Source: an uncultured delta proteobacterium (lineage in GTDB: Bacteria > Desulfobacterota > Desulfobacteria > Desulfobacterales > JAFDCJ01). From it: a DNA stretch of 64,000 nucleotides. Below are positions 32,162-42,477 of this stretch, piece by piece (position 1 is the stretch's first letter; every line of letters begins with the position of its first letter). The notes beneath the pieces were generated by a model. That model was not told the origin of the DNA and ran no database searches. It saw only the letters and a program-made list of their open reading frames with translations. The stretch covers positions 352,001 through 416,000 of the forward strand of contig CAVYNY010000022.1 of assembly GCA_963769935.1 (NCBI GenBank), written 5' to 3'. The translations under genes were made by a program, and so were the position numbers.

Positions 32162-33130
32162 TTACTTTAATGCCACTTTAAGGTACAGATCTCCCCGTTG
32201 ACCCGTTGGATATTGTTTTCCCAGTCCTCTGAGCCGCAGCTTGTGACCCTCCTGAATCCCAGCCGGTACCGCCACCTTGAAGAGGCGTTTATGAAATCCC
32301 CGCGGAATGTTGATCAATTTATAGGTACCTGCGGCAGCTTCATGCGCTGTGATGGTAATTGTGCCGTAAAGGTGCGGATCAGGTCCGGGGCCGACCGGCC
32401 GAATAGCCTGAAGATGCGGGGATTTTCGGCGCGCGGTTACGCGACGAACTGCCTCGGGCGGCTCGGCGCCCGGTAGTGCCAGCAAAATCTTTAAGCATAA
32501 AATGCCGAAGATAAACCCTCCGATATGCGCCCACCAGGCAACACCGCCTGCCTGGCCATGGCTGGCGGCTGCGCTGATAAATTGAAATAGGAACCATAAT
32601 CCGAGAAAGAAATAGGCCGGGATCTCCAGAAAATAGGGAATAAAAAAAATGGGGATGAGAGTTAAGATTTTAGATCGCGGGTATAGAACAAAATAAGCGC
32701 CCATCACACCTGCAATCGCACCGCTGGCACCGATGGTGGGGACATTGGAGTTCAGATTTAAAAGAAGATGGGAAATCCCCGAGGCGAATCCGCAGCAAAG
32801 GTAAAATACCAGGTAACGCCCGTGACCCAGGCGGTCTTCAACGTTGTCGCCGAATATGTAAAGCGACCACATATTGCCGAGCAGATGCCAGAAACCGCCA
32901 TGCAGAAACATAAAAGACAAGAAGGAAAAAACCTGGTACGGGTTGCTGAAATAGATGCTGATTTGAGGATTCGTATAACGAGCCGGCACCAGACCGAAGA
33001 TATAAACGAACCGGTCCCCCTCGGCTCCCAACGACAGTTGAAACAGGAAGACAAGCACATTGATGCCGATGAGGACGTTGTTGACAACCGGATAATTTCG
33101 GGCCTGGACCGTATCACGCAGAGGGATCAT
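32162..33130 (-). CDS. Rhomboid intramembrane serine protease with C-terminal DnaJ_C-like domain
   Basis: 'MIPLRD', 'FLHGG..HLLGNM', 'GASG', 'WWAHIGG'; tail 'VPAGIQEGHKLRLRGLG...RGDLYL'. Confidence 0.9.
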   Translation of the reverse strand: MIPLRDTVQARNYPVVNNVLIGINVLVFLFQLSLGAEGDRFVYIFGLVPARYTNPQISIYFSNPYQVFSFLSFMFLHGGFWHLLGNMWSLYIFGDNVEDRLGHGRYLVFYLCCGFASGISHLLLNLNSNVPTIGASGAIAGVMGAYFVLYPRSKILTLIPIFFIPYFLEIPAYFFLGLWFLFQFISAAASHGQAGGVAWWAHIGGFIFGILCLKILLALPGAEPPEAVRRVTARRKSPHLQAIRPVGPGPDPHLYGTITITAHEAAAGTYKLINIPRGFHKRLFKVAVPAGIQEGHKLRLRGLGKQYPTGQRGDLYLKVALK

Positions 33131-33134
33131 AGTT

Positions 33135-33473
33135 CGGGTTTCGCGTTACGGGTTAGAGTTACGAGTTACGAGGTGCGGGTTGCAGGTTACGCGTTACAGG
33201 CGATAAAGGCATAGCGCAGAAGGCAAAGCGCATAGCGTGAAAAAAAAATATTAGTGAATCCCTGATCGTTCAGAACTTGAAAATTTGCAGAGAAATGAAA
33301 ATAAAAGCAAATCATCAATACGTGTTCCGTGCGCCTTATACCCAATGCCTTGCGCCTTTTTCTTTTATCCTACCAGCTATCACCCATGAGCTATCAAGCG
33401 GCGCGTCGGCGCCCGCACCCCGCAACACGCACCGCGCAACTCGAACCCCGCACCGCGTAGCCCGCACCCCGCA
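33135..33473. repeat. Intergenic heptamer repeats in inverted arrangement
   Basis: gttacga/gttacgg run at left; cgcaacac/cgcaccc run at right. Confidence 0.6.
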
Positions 33474-36137
33474 TCATGCCTGCGCTGCCTTTATGCGGTC
33501 AAGGTTGAGTTGAAGTTTTTGCTGCTTTTCCAGCAAGGCGCTTTGTTTCTCCTTCACTTTGTCAATCACATCGGCCGGTGCCTTGCTCAGAAAACCTTGA
33601 TTTGCCAGTTTTTTGTCCACCGCTGTCAGTTCGGTTTTCAATTTGTTGATTTCCTTGGCCAGGCGTTGGGTTTCTTTGCCGAAGTCAATGATACCTTCCA
33701 GGTCGACAAAAATCGAAGCATTGTTTACCACTGCGGTGGCGGATGACCTCGGTCTTCGGCCGGAGTTTTGAACCGTGAGCGAATCCAGCCGGGCAAGATT
33801 GAGGAGCAGGTCGCGTTGACGGTCAATTACTTCCCGGGTAGAGGTGTCCTCTGATACAATCAAGACCCGCAAGGATAGAGACGGAGCAATGTTCATCTCG
33901 CCCCGTACATTCCGGATGCCCGTAATTACACTCATCAGGATCCCCATTTCAGATTCAGCTTCCCGGTACTGATAGGCTGCGGCATTCTCGGTGGAAAACT
34001 CGGGATAGCCGGCTTTCATAATTGAACCGCTGGTACCGGGCATATGGTGCCAGATTTCTTCGGTAACAAAGGGGATAAATGGATGCAGCAGCACCAAAGT
34101 ATCCCGCAACACCCGCCACAGCACCGACTGGGCTGCTTCCTTGGCTGCCGGTCCCTGTTTATCGTAAAGGGCCGGTTTGACGGCTTCAAGGTACCAGTCA
34201 CAGAATTCATGCCATACAAAATTATATAACACTCCGGCCGCTTCATTGAAGCGATAACCGTCCAATGCATTGGCCACTTCGGTTGTCGTCCATGCCAGGC
34301 GGGATAGAATCCATCTGTCAGGCAGCGAAAGATTGCGAGCATTCAGCGCTTCATATCCTTGCTGCAGGTGCAACATCGCAAAACGGGATGCATTCCACAA
34401 TTTGTTAATAAAATGCCGATAGCCTTCAACCCGTTTTTCCGACATTTTGATATCCCGCCCCTGGGCGGCAAACGCCGCCAGGGTGTATCGGAAGGCATCC
34501 GTGCCGTAGCGGTCGATGACGTTCAACGGATCGATCACATTGCCCTTGGACTTGCTCATCTTCTTGCCGTCTTCGTCCCGCACCAGAGCGTGAACATACA
34601 CATCTTTGAAGGGCACGTCATGCATGAAATGGATACCCATCATCATCATGCGGGCCACCCAGAAAAATAAAATATCAAAACCGGTGACCAGCACGGATGT
34701 GGGATAAAATGTTTTTAAAAGAGGTGTTTCGTCCGGCCATCCCATGGTAGAAAAGGGCCAGAGGGCCGAGCTGAACCAGGTGTCCAGAACATCGGTTTCC
34801 TGCACAAGTTTTGTCGAGTTGCACCCCGGACATGTCCGGGGCGCTTCCATTGATACTGCAATCTCACTGCATTCATCGCAGGTCCAGGCCGGTATCTGAT
34901 GCCCCCACCAGATCTGCCGGGATACACACCAGTCCCGAATGTTGTTCATCCATTCATAATACGTATTGTTCCACATTGCCGGTATGATTTTTGTCTTACC
35001 GCTTTGGACTGCGGCGATAGCCTTTTCTGCCAGGGGTTTGGTCCGTACGAACCATTGTTTGGAAAGATTCGGTTCGACCACCGTTTTGCAGCGGTAGCAG
35101 TGGCCCACGCTGTGGCGATAGGGCACGACCTTAACCAGCAGTCCTTCAGTTTCGAGTTCTTTGACCACGGCCCGGCGGCATTCCAACCGATCCATTCCTT
35201 CAAACCGGCCGGCCTCGGCGGCCATATCGCCGTCGTCACTGATGACTTTTACACTGGGCAGGTGATGGCGGGCTCCGATTTCAAAGTCATTCGGATCGTG
35301 GGCCGGGGTAATCTTCAAACCGCCGGTTCCAAAGGACCTGTCGACGTAGCTGTCTCTAATAATAGGAATTTCCCTCATCATCAGCGGCAGAATGACCTTA
35401 TCGGATTTAATGTTCCGATAGCGCTCATCGTCAGGGTGGACGGCCACTGCCGTATCACCCAGCATCGTTTCGGGTCGGGTGGTTGCCACCACGATGCCGC
35501 CGGACCCGTCCGGAAACGGATAGCGGATATGGTATAGGTGGCCGTCAATTTCTTCGTGTTCAACTTCAAGGTCCGCCAGTGCCGTGTGACAGCGGTGGCA
35601 CCAGTTGATTATGTAGTTGCCCCGATAAATGAGACCTTCCTCATAAAGCTGCACGAAAACTTTTCGCACAGCCTTCGACAGCCCTTCATCCATGGTAAAG
35701 CGTTCGCGTGCCCAGTCACAGGAGGCCCCCAAACGTTTTAGCTGATTGATAATGGCGCTGCCGTATTTTTCGCGCCACTGCCAGACGGCCTCGATGAATT
35801 TCTCCCGTCCCAGCTGATGACGGTCCGTGCCCTCTTCAGCCAGTTTTTTTTCGACCACGTTTTGAGTGGCGATCCCGGCATGGTCGGTACCCGGCATCCA
35901 TAAAACATTATCTCCCCGCAGCCGTCGGTAGCGGCATAAAATATCCTGCATGGTAATATTCAGAGCATGCCCCATATGGAGCACACCGGTGACATTCGGC
36001 GGTGGGATGACAATCGAATAGCTTGCCTGGGTACTTTGCTCCTGGGCGGCAAACAGCTGCTCCTTTTCCCAGAATTCATACCAGCGCTTTTCGACCTCGT
36101 GCGGTTCGTAACCCGTGTCAAATTGGTTGAGACTCAT
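33474..36137 (-). CDS. valS: Valine--tRNA ligase
   Basis: 'PPPNVTGVLHMGH', 'ATTRPET', 'DVLDTWFSS', 'KMSKS', C-terminal coiled coil. Confidence 0.98.
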   Translation of the reverse strand: MSLNQFDTGYEPHEVEKRWYEFWEKEQLFAAQEQSTQASYSIVIPPPNVTGVLHMGHALNITMQDILCRYRRLRGDNVLWMPGTDHAGIATQNVVEKKLAEEGTDRHQLGREKFIEAVWQWREKYGSAIINQLKRLGASCDWARERFTMDEGLSKAVRKVFVQLYEEGLIYRGNYIINWCHRCHTALADLEVEHEEIDGHLYHIRYPFPDGSGGIVVATTRPETMLGDTAVAVHPDDERYRNIKSDKVILPLMMREIPIIRDSYVDRSFGTGGLKITPAHDPNDFEIGARHHLPSVKVISDDGDMAAEAGRFEGMDRLECRRAVVKELETEGLLVKVVPYRHSVGHCYRCKTVVEPNLSKQWFVRTKPLAEKAIAAVQSGKTKIIPAMWNNTYYEWMNNIRDWCVSRQIWWGHQIPAWTCDECSEIAVSMEAPRTCPGCNSTKLVQETDVLDTWFSSALWPFSTMGWPDETPLLKTFYPTSVLVTGFDILFFWVARMMMMGIHFMHDVPFKDVYVHALVRDEDGKKMSKSKGNVIDPLNVIDRYGTDAFRYTLAAFAAQGRDIKMSEKRVEGYRHFINKLWNASRFAMLHLQQGYEALNARNLSLPDRWILSRLAWTTTEVANALDGYRFNEAAGVLYNFVWHEFCDWYLEAVKPALYDKQGPAAKEAAQSVLWRVLRDTLVLLHPFIPFVTEEIWHHMPGTSGSIMKAGYPEFSTENAAAYQYREAESEMGILMSVITGIRNVRGEMNIAPSLSLRVLIVSEDTSTREVIDRQRDLLLNLARLDSLTVQNSGRRPRSSATAVVNNASIFVDLEGIIDFGKETQRLAKEINKLKTELTAVDKKLANQGFLSKAPADVIDKVKEKQSALLEKQQKLQLNLDRIKAAQA

Positions 36138-36262
36138 TTCAATATTGCTCCTTGCTTTTCATTTTTTCAGCAATCGAGGTTTTACGCATCTCCATCCGCC
36201 GAAATAAAAAAGGGGATTATAAATTAATCCCCATTAATTTTCCAGCGGTTTTTACGATTGTT

Positions 36263-38210
36263 TTAGTAATTATCGTCGGGCGGGCTGCTGTCCATTAGAA
36301 CACCCTTCAAGCGTTCGATCTCTTTGGCTACCGTTTTTTCAATTACATCGTAAATGATTTTTTCTATCCGGCCGGAAAATTTTTCATTGATGACGCGTTC
36401 AATGGCCTTATCAATTTGTCCGGGTGAAAACGCGGCTAATTCTTCAGAATGCGGCTCTACCGCTAAATTTTCCTGGATGGCATTCGTGCCTGCAGGGAAA
36501 TCTTCAGGCGGCGATATCGCCTCTGGTTCATCGATTGGATCTTCTGATAAAAATGCATCCAGTCGATCGACTTGTCGGGCGATTGCACCGGGATCAAAAT
36601 TAAAATCGAACGCCTCATCTTCCGAGTCCGGCACTGCAGATTGGGCCGCTAATTCAGGAGCCGGGGCATCTTCGGTATTCTCAGCTTCTTCTTTTGTCAA
36701 CCGCCATTCATCGAGCGCTGCATTGTTGAAATCAGTTTCGGCAGCCTCAGGTTCCGGCTTTTCATCATCATCATCATCATCATTCTTCTTCTTCTGATTC
36801 TTCACTGAAAAAGTCGTCGAGTTCGGTGTATTCGCTTTTTTCGTCCGATTCACCGATTCCTATGATAGGTTCCTCTGCGGTCTGCCGGTCCTCTTCTACC
36901 TCGATCAGCTCGAGAAAGTCATCTTCCTCTTCATCAACAGTATCCAAAATACCGGCCTGTTCCAACATTTTATCGCTATCGTTCGGATAATGCTGATCAA
37001 ATTCGGTAATTTCGACAATGTCATCTCCCGTTTCGGCGTCAAAATCCCATGAACCATCCAGGGGGATTACCTCATCGTCATCTTCCAGTTCGGTTGCGTC
37101 CTCAAGATCAACAAGCAAGCCATTATCATTTTCAAAGTCCAGAGGTTCGTCCAGAGATTCGTTGTCTTCCAGCGCCACGATTTGCTCATCTTCCTGCGGG
37201 TTGGCATCCAGGGCGAGGAGGTTGGCGTCATCATTTGGTTCAAATTCGAATTCTTCGGTCGGTTTGAAACGTTCTCTTGCGTCATCTGAACCTATCGACT
37301 GCTCCACGGTTCGGGCGATGATATCATCGCCGCTGTCGGTCTCTTCTCCAATCTTGGTGGGTTCACTATTCGCCTCATCCTCGTCTTCAAAATCAAGTTC
37401 AGTGAGGGCTGCCAGATCCGGCAAGTCCTCGATATCGTCATTTCCCAGTGCATCGGCGTCCAGCATGGCGATGGTTGGCGGCGTTCCGCCCGCGCCTTCA
37501 TTCACATCTGGGTTGTCATTGTGCCGGTGGGAGTCAAATTCCAAGTATTCCGCCGGTTCTTCGGTTTGATCGCGGCGGCCGGATCTATCAGTTTCACCCA
37601 GAACCATGCTGACAAAATCCGGTTGATCTTCGCTGCGTTCATCATCCAAGGCAATCAACTCGTCCCCGTCTTCATCCGTTTCATATTCAAGTTCAATTTC
37701 CTCTTCGAGGTCAAACAAATCCTCATCATCTTCGACACCTGCTGTGTCAGCGTCCGTTACTTCAGCCAAACTTTCGTCTACCGCATCCGGCTCATTATCC
37801 AGTATAATGACATCATCCTCCGAGGCTTTGAATTCGAATCCGTCATCTTTTTTGTAGGGTTCGTCTTCGTCGGATCCCAAAGAATCATTTATGGCCGATG
37901 CAATCAGCTCGTCCTCCCCCATGCCGGTTTCATCATCTGCAAACTGATCGTCCAGTTCTAAGATTACATCTTCTTTCAAGATACCGGGTTTTGAAGCTGC
38001 TTCCCAAACGGTGAAAGCCTCATTGTCATCATCACTGTCGATTTTATGAGCTTCATCGCTCAGGCCGTCGTTTAATTCTATTATGCCGTCATTCTCTTCA
38101 GTCTCAATAATGACCTCATCGGTGAGCTCGATTATGGCATCATCGTCCGATGAGTCGGTCTTGACCGAATTCTGCCGGGGATCTTTTTTATCGATCATAG
38201 TTGTCACCAA
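36263..38210 (-). CDS. Very acidic low-complexity protein, PopZ/RomR-C-like, split by an apparent frameshift at ~36783
   Basis: Two overlapping D/E-rich ORFs meet at a GAA/GAT microsatellite; N-terminal 'DDAIIELTDEV', C-terminal 'IEKTVAKEIERLK'; directly upstream of valS. Confidence 0.65.
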
Positions 38211-38431
38211 TCGGTAAAAGGAAGGTTGTTCATAAGGTCGAAATGATTTTCAAATTATTATTATCTTTGGGAAAACTATCATATGGCTTGGTAAGTGTCA
38301 AGAAATATTAACTTATCAATCCGGTCGTTTCGGCGGGTGGCAGTGAACGAAATTCTGAACCTTGAACCTTTGAACTTATTTATTTCAAAAACCATTTGCA
38401 GGATTTGATGATCAGTTATAAGTAAACCGTC

Positions 38432-39196
38432 ATGAGACACTTTTACGTCGATCCGGCAGCCGTGACCAAACCCCTGGTTATACTTAAAGGTTCGGAAGCC
38501 CATCACATCAAAAACGTCTTGCGTTTGAAACGCGAGGACCCCATCAAGCTGATTGACGGAACCGGAAATGAATATGAGGCGGTTATCAAAGTCTTGGATA
38601 CCGAAAAAGTTGAGCTCGAAATCCGGCACGAGTTTCACCCCTCTGCAACTGCTGGTGCACGGATTTTGGTGGCCCAGGCCTTTTTAAAAGAAAAAAAGAT
38701 GGACGATCTGGTGCGCAAACTCAGCGAACTGGGCATGGCCGGTTGGGTCCCCTTTTTTTCGCAGCGCTCCATTGCCAGGCCGGCTAAAGACCGTCTGGTC
38801 GGCCGAACCAACAGATGGAAGCGAATTGCCGCCGAGGCTGTCAAACAATGCCGTCGCAGCGACCTGCTGCAAATTTATGAGGCACTCAGCTTCAAAGAGG
38901 TGCTGCAATTCAGCCAAACCTGTGATTTGAAAATTGTTTTCTGGGAAAATGAGACCGTTCCTCTGAACCGGGACCCGGGATCGAAAGGGCAGGTGCCCTT
39001 AAAAAAAATTATGCTGATGTTGGGACCCGAAGGTGGCTTTACCGAGCAGGAGATCGAATTGGCTCGGCAAGGTGGATTTGCAGTCGCCGCGCTGGGGCCC
39101 CGCATTTTGCGGGCTGAAACCGCCACCCTGGCCGCCTCGACTTTGATCCAATATCTGTATGGTGATATGGGGCTGGGGGGGGACCAGCCGGATTAG
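38432..39196 (+). CDS. rsmE: 16S rRNA m3U1498 methyltransferase
   Basis: 'HHIKNVLR', 'ELG', 'GPEGGF', 'LGPRILRAETA'. Confidence 0.95.
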   Translation: MRHFYVDPAAVTKPLVILKGSEAHHIKNVLRLKREDPIKLIDGTGNEYEAVIKVLDTEKVELEIRHEFHPSATAGARILVAQAFLKEKKMDDLVRKLSELGMAGWVPFFSQRSIARPAKDRLVGRTNRWKRIAAEAVKQCRRSDLLQIYEALSFKEVLQFSQTCDLKIVFWENETVPLNRDPGSKGQVPLKKIMLMLGPEGGFTEQEIELARQGGFAVAALGPRILRAETATLAASTLIQYLYGDMGLGGDQPD

Positions 39197-39367
39197 AAAT
39201 TCCGTTTATCTGAGGGTACGATTAGATGTTTGGCAAAGTGATAATCCATGAAAATCCGTTTCCATTAATTAAGATTATGGATCAAAAATTTCTTGACAAA
39301 GAATCGGGGGTTTAATAGAAGAGAGCTTCTCAAAATTAAGACCATGTCTATAATTTGGTTTTAATAC

Positions 39368-39443
39368 GCCGAGGTAGCTCAGTCGGTAGAGCAGGGGACT
39401 GAAAATCCCCGTGTCGGCAGTTCGATTCTGTCCCTCGGCACCA
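39368..39443 (+). tRNA. tRNA-Phe (GAA)
   Basis: 76 nt GCCGAGGTAGCTCAG...CT-GAA-AA...GTTCGATT...CCTCGGCACCA cloverleaf. Confidence 0.98.
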
Positions 39444-39447
39444 TAAG

Positions 39448-39486
39448 AAAAAGGATATCAAGCTAATGTTTGATATCCTTTTTTTA
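39448..39486 (+). terminator. Terminator after tRNA-Phe
   Basis: aaaaaggatatcaa-gctaatgt-ttgatatccttttt. Confidence 0.75.
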
Positions 39487-39655
39487 TTTTGGAAACCAAA
39501 CCTTTCGATAGGCAGCTCCCTTTCTTGACAAATAATACCCTTAAATGTACCATAACGACTAGAAACAAATGATAAATTGTAGAATCAATTTTTTTGGCTA
39601 AATTTTCCAGTTACATCATTTACCCGGACGAAATGGCCCTCGAGATTTTCGACCA

Positions 39656-39961
39656 ATGAGTGAAGTGCGAATTAGTATACCAAAACATAAAATTGCTGAT
39701 TTTTGTAAACAAAATCAGGTCCGCAGATTATCTTTGTTTGGTTCGATACTTAGGGAAGACTTTGGGCCGGACAGTGATATTGATATCCTGGTGGAGTTCG
39801 AGCCCGGCACCCGGATGGGACTCATCCGGCTATCCGGATTGGAGATTGAGCTTGGTAAAATAATCGGACGCAAGGTCGATTTGAATACCCCTGGGTTGCT
39901 GAGTAAATATTTTCGCGACCAGATTCTTGCTGAGGCAGATGTGCAATATGACGCAGCATAA
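39656..39961 (+). CDS. Minimal nucleotidyltransferase (MntA-type antitoxin)
   Basis: 'LFGSILR..DSDIDILVEF', 'RKVDL'. Confidence 0.9.
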   Translation: MSEVRISIPKHKIADFCKQNQVRRLSLFGSILREDFGPDSDIDILVEFEPGTRMGLIRLSGLEIELGKIIGRKVDLNTPGLLSKYFRDQILAEADVQYDAA

Positions 39962-40298
39962 TGACATGATAAGGCTTCAACATATGCTCGATCATGCAAA
40001 GGAAGCAATATAACTGATTGCCGGCAAAGATAAGGCGGAACTTCAGCGCGACCGGGTTTTAGAGCTTGCCCTGATCCGACTGATTGAGATTGTGGGGGAG
40101 GCATGTGCGAAAGTCAGTTCTTCGACTCAACTAAAATACCCTTCGATACCTTGGCCGCAGATCATTGGCATGCGCAACCGGTTAATTCATGGGTATGACT
40201 CCGTTGATTTGGATGTTTTGTGGGACACCATCGAAGTCGATTTACCGCCTCTTGTTGATGTCCTTGATAAAATTATTGGTCAAAACGGCGAAGAATAA
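39948..40298 (+). pseudogene. HEPN/DUF86 (HepT-type) toxin with premature TAA
   Basis: Frame MTQHNDMIRLQHMLDHAKEAI*LIAG...IEIVGEA...GMRNRLIHGY; stop at 40011-40013. Confidence 0.85.
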
Positions 40299-40375
40299 AT
40301 ATACATTGGCCGTTTTATAAGTCGGATCGCCAAGCATATTCAGCGTTAATGATGCTGAAATAATAATCTGGTAAA

Positions 40376-41305
40376 TCAGCTCTCCGCTAATCTCTTCAAC
40401 GAATACATCCCATCTAACCCCTTGATCGGTTTGGGTTTTTTCTCATGTTTTGAGAAAAATAGATGTTTAAACCGCTGGTAATTTTTAGCCACAAATACCT
40501 TTGATCCAATAATTCCCGAATCTGTAAAATAGCGGGTGCGGTATCTGAACCGATCGCTTTTGCTGAGTTGAAATTCTCTGCGGCGCTCCTTTGCCAGCAC
40601 CTTGTTTTCAATAACCTTCGCGTTGCCTTTCTCTGGCTGGTTCAGCGCTCCTGCCTCATAGACATACCGGCGGTATCTTCTGATGCGCTCTTTTTTGCTT
40701 TTGACATTAAATTCCTTTAAACCAAAATCTGTAGATAAAAAGCTGTCCCGGTTGGTGGTCTGGATATGGTAGCCCAGTGAATTCCAGCGGTATTGTTCCG
40801 GGAGCTCCACTATCCCGGCACGCAGGGGATTCAGATCGATATAGGCCAGGCAGTTGATCAGCGTCTCGCCGTTTTCAACGATCACGCTCTTAAAACGATC
40901 GCCCCAAAAGTAACCCCGCCGGTGGTGGCGCCGGTTGTAAAACCGGGCAAAGTTAACTTTGATTTCTCGCATAAATTCAGAAAGACTGGATAGTTTTTCC
41001 CGCAATGATGACACCAGGCCTTCTGCGAAAATGCGCTCATCCCCGTAAAAATCCACATAGCGATTTAGAATATCCTTGTCTGTAAACTTGTGCTCAGGAA
41101 ACATCCTCACCAAGATATGGAAATGATTTCCCATCAAACAGAATCCTAATATCTCGACTAAATAAAGGGTAGCGTAACGCCTGATCAGATCCAGCATAAA
41201 ATCTTTTTCGACGTTGCCCAATGGAAAGCCGTCCAGGGCGGTTCTGGACATAACGTGATAAACGGTGCTTTGATCATCAATGATCATTCGTTGCGTTCTG
41301 GGCAT
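40376..41305 (-). mobile_element. Y1 HUH transposase, REP-associated (RAYT-like)
   Basis: 'YHVMSR', 'MGNHFHILV', 'FWGDRFKS', 'YIDLNP', 'YRWNS'; start MPRTQR after AAGGAG. Confidence 0.85.
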
Positions 41306-41446
41306 GATATGCTCCTTTTCTTTTTTATTGATTGTGACTTCCATTGCACATGAATTGATATGTGTCAAGCATAAAGTACCTGTCCCCTATTCTCTTTCTG
41401 CCGGCCAAGTGGTTTCAGATGACCGGTCAATGGACAGAAAGATAAA

Positions 41447-42004
41447 GATAAGAAGTTGCTTTTCCGAAGCGGAAGAATCGGAAAAGGTTAATTGTGTGCC
41501 GGAATCAGCTTCCGACTTCGCTCTTCGAGCTACGACGGGACAAGGCAACTCAACATATTGAGGCGTCAATTAAACGGACCAATGACCATCCAGCTAACGG
41601 AAGCGGGCTTTGTTGTCAATATCGATTTTTGGAGGTGGAATTGAGAACTTGGGCAAATTCGGACATAGCTCACCGTTTTGCCCGCAGCTTGATTTTTTTA
41701 AAGGTAGGCTCCCGTCTTCGTTCTTCGAACTACGCCGCGACAAGGCAACCGGATAATCAGCATCGATGATGTAACGTGTCGCGCCGAAGCAAATGGACAG
41801 TAGGCGGACGTGTCACGCCAAAGAAGCAAATCCGCAGCTGGAACTTATCGTGACGAAAATAGCGAAGGCGGATCATCCGCGCCGGGCGATGAGGATTCGT
41901 CATATAAGATGAAGGATTCGGTCCGCCTCCGGCGGATTGGCTCGCGGAGGCGGTCTGTGTTTAACATCCCATAAGTCCAGGTGCTTGAGGATTTTTTTGA
42001 CGAG
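41447..42004 (-). mobile_element. IS91-family 3' remnant (transposase tail plus oriIS-like end)
   Basis: 41907-42004 matches the transposase tail at 47582-47675; minus strand ends AGCAACTTCTTATC; 41447-41699 is homologous to 59395-59739. Confidence 0.7.
41511..41544 (+). repeat. 34-nt hairpin mini-element (other copies 41711-41744 and 59484-59517)
   Basis: TCCGACTTCGCTCTTCGAGCTACGACGGGACAAG, identical at 59484-59517. Confidence 0.85.
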
Positions 42005-42348
42005 AGGAATGTTCCGGAAGTGCTTTTTTACAAATGTTTCGGCACCCGGAATCCACCTCGTATTTATCACTTTCTCAAATACCAGCTCTGAATATTTCTG
42101 GGCATCCTCCTCTATTTTTCTTTCCGGGGATGGGTCGCCGATAATATTGTAATGGGCGTACTTGATCTTTTCTACCCGGCTGATGCCTCCGTGACGCTGG
42201 TGGTGGGCCACAATCTTCTCTACGATTTCTGGCCCGTATGGTTTGAATATTTCCCTGTACGCGTTGGTTATTGTTGCAGTCGAGTCGACGAGAACGCCGT
42301 CGAAATCAAAAAAAACATGCTGAGTTAGGTTTATACATGCTGTTTCAT
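42005..42348 (-). pseudogene. HAD-family phosphatase, frameshifted and 3'-truncated
   Basis: MKQHV|FFDFDGVLVDS interrupted by a 20-bp insertion; fused at 42004 to the IS91 tail. Confidence 0.8.
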
Positions 42349-42477
42349 TTTCCTGCAGAGAGGTGACAAATTGCTTGACATCATGAAGCTGACAATACAT
42401 ATATGTGTGACAGGTAGGACGTATTACAACTCATATCTAATGTCAATATCAAATTCAACTCAACGGGATAATACCAC

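Noticed and set aside
36200..36240. T-box or attenuator upstream of valS
   Set aside because: Only a simple hairpin; no T-box consensus seen
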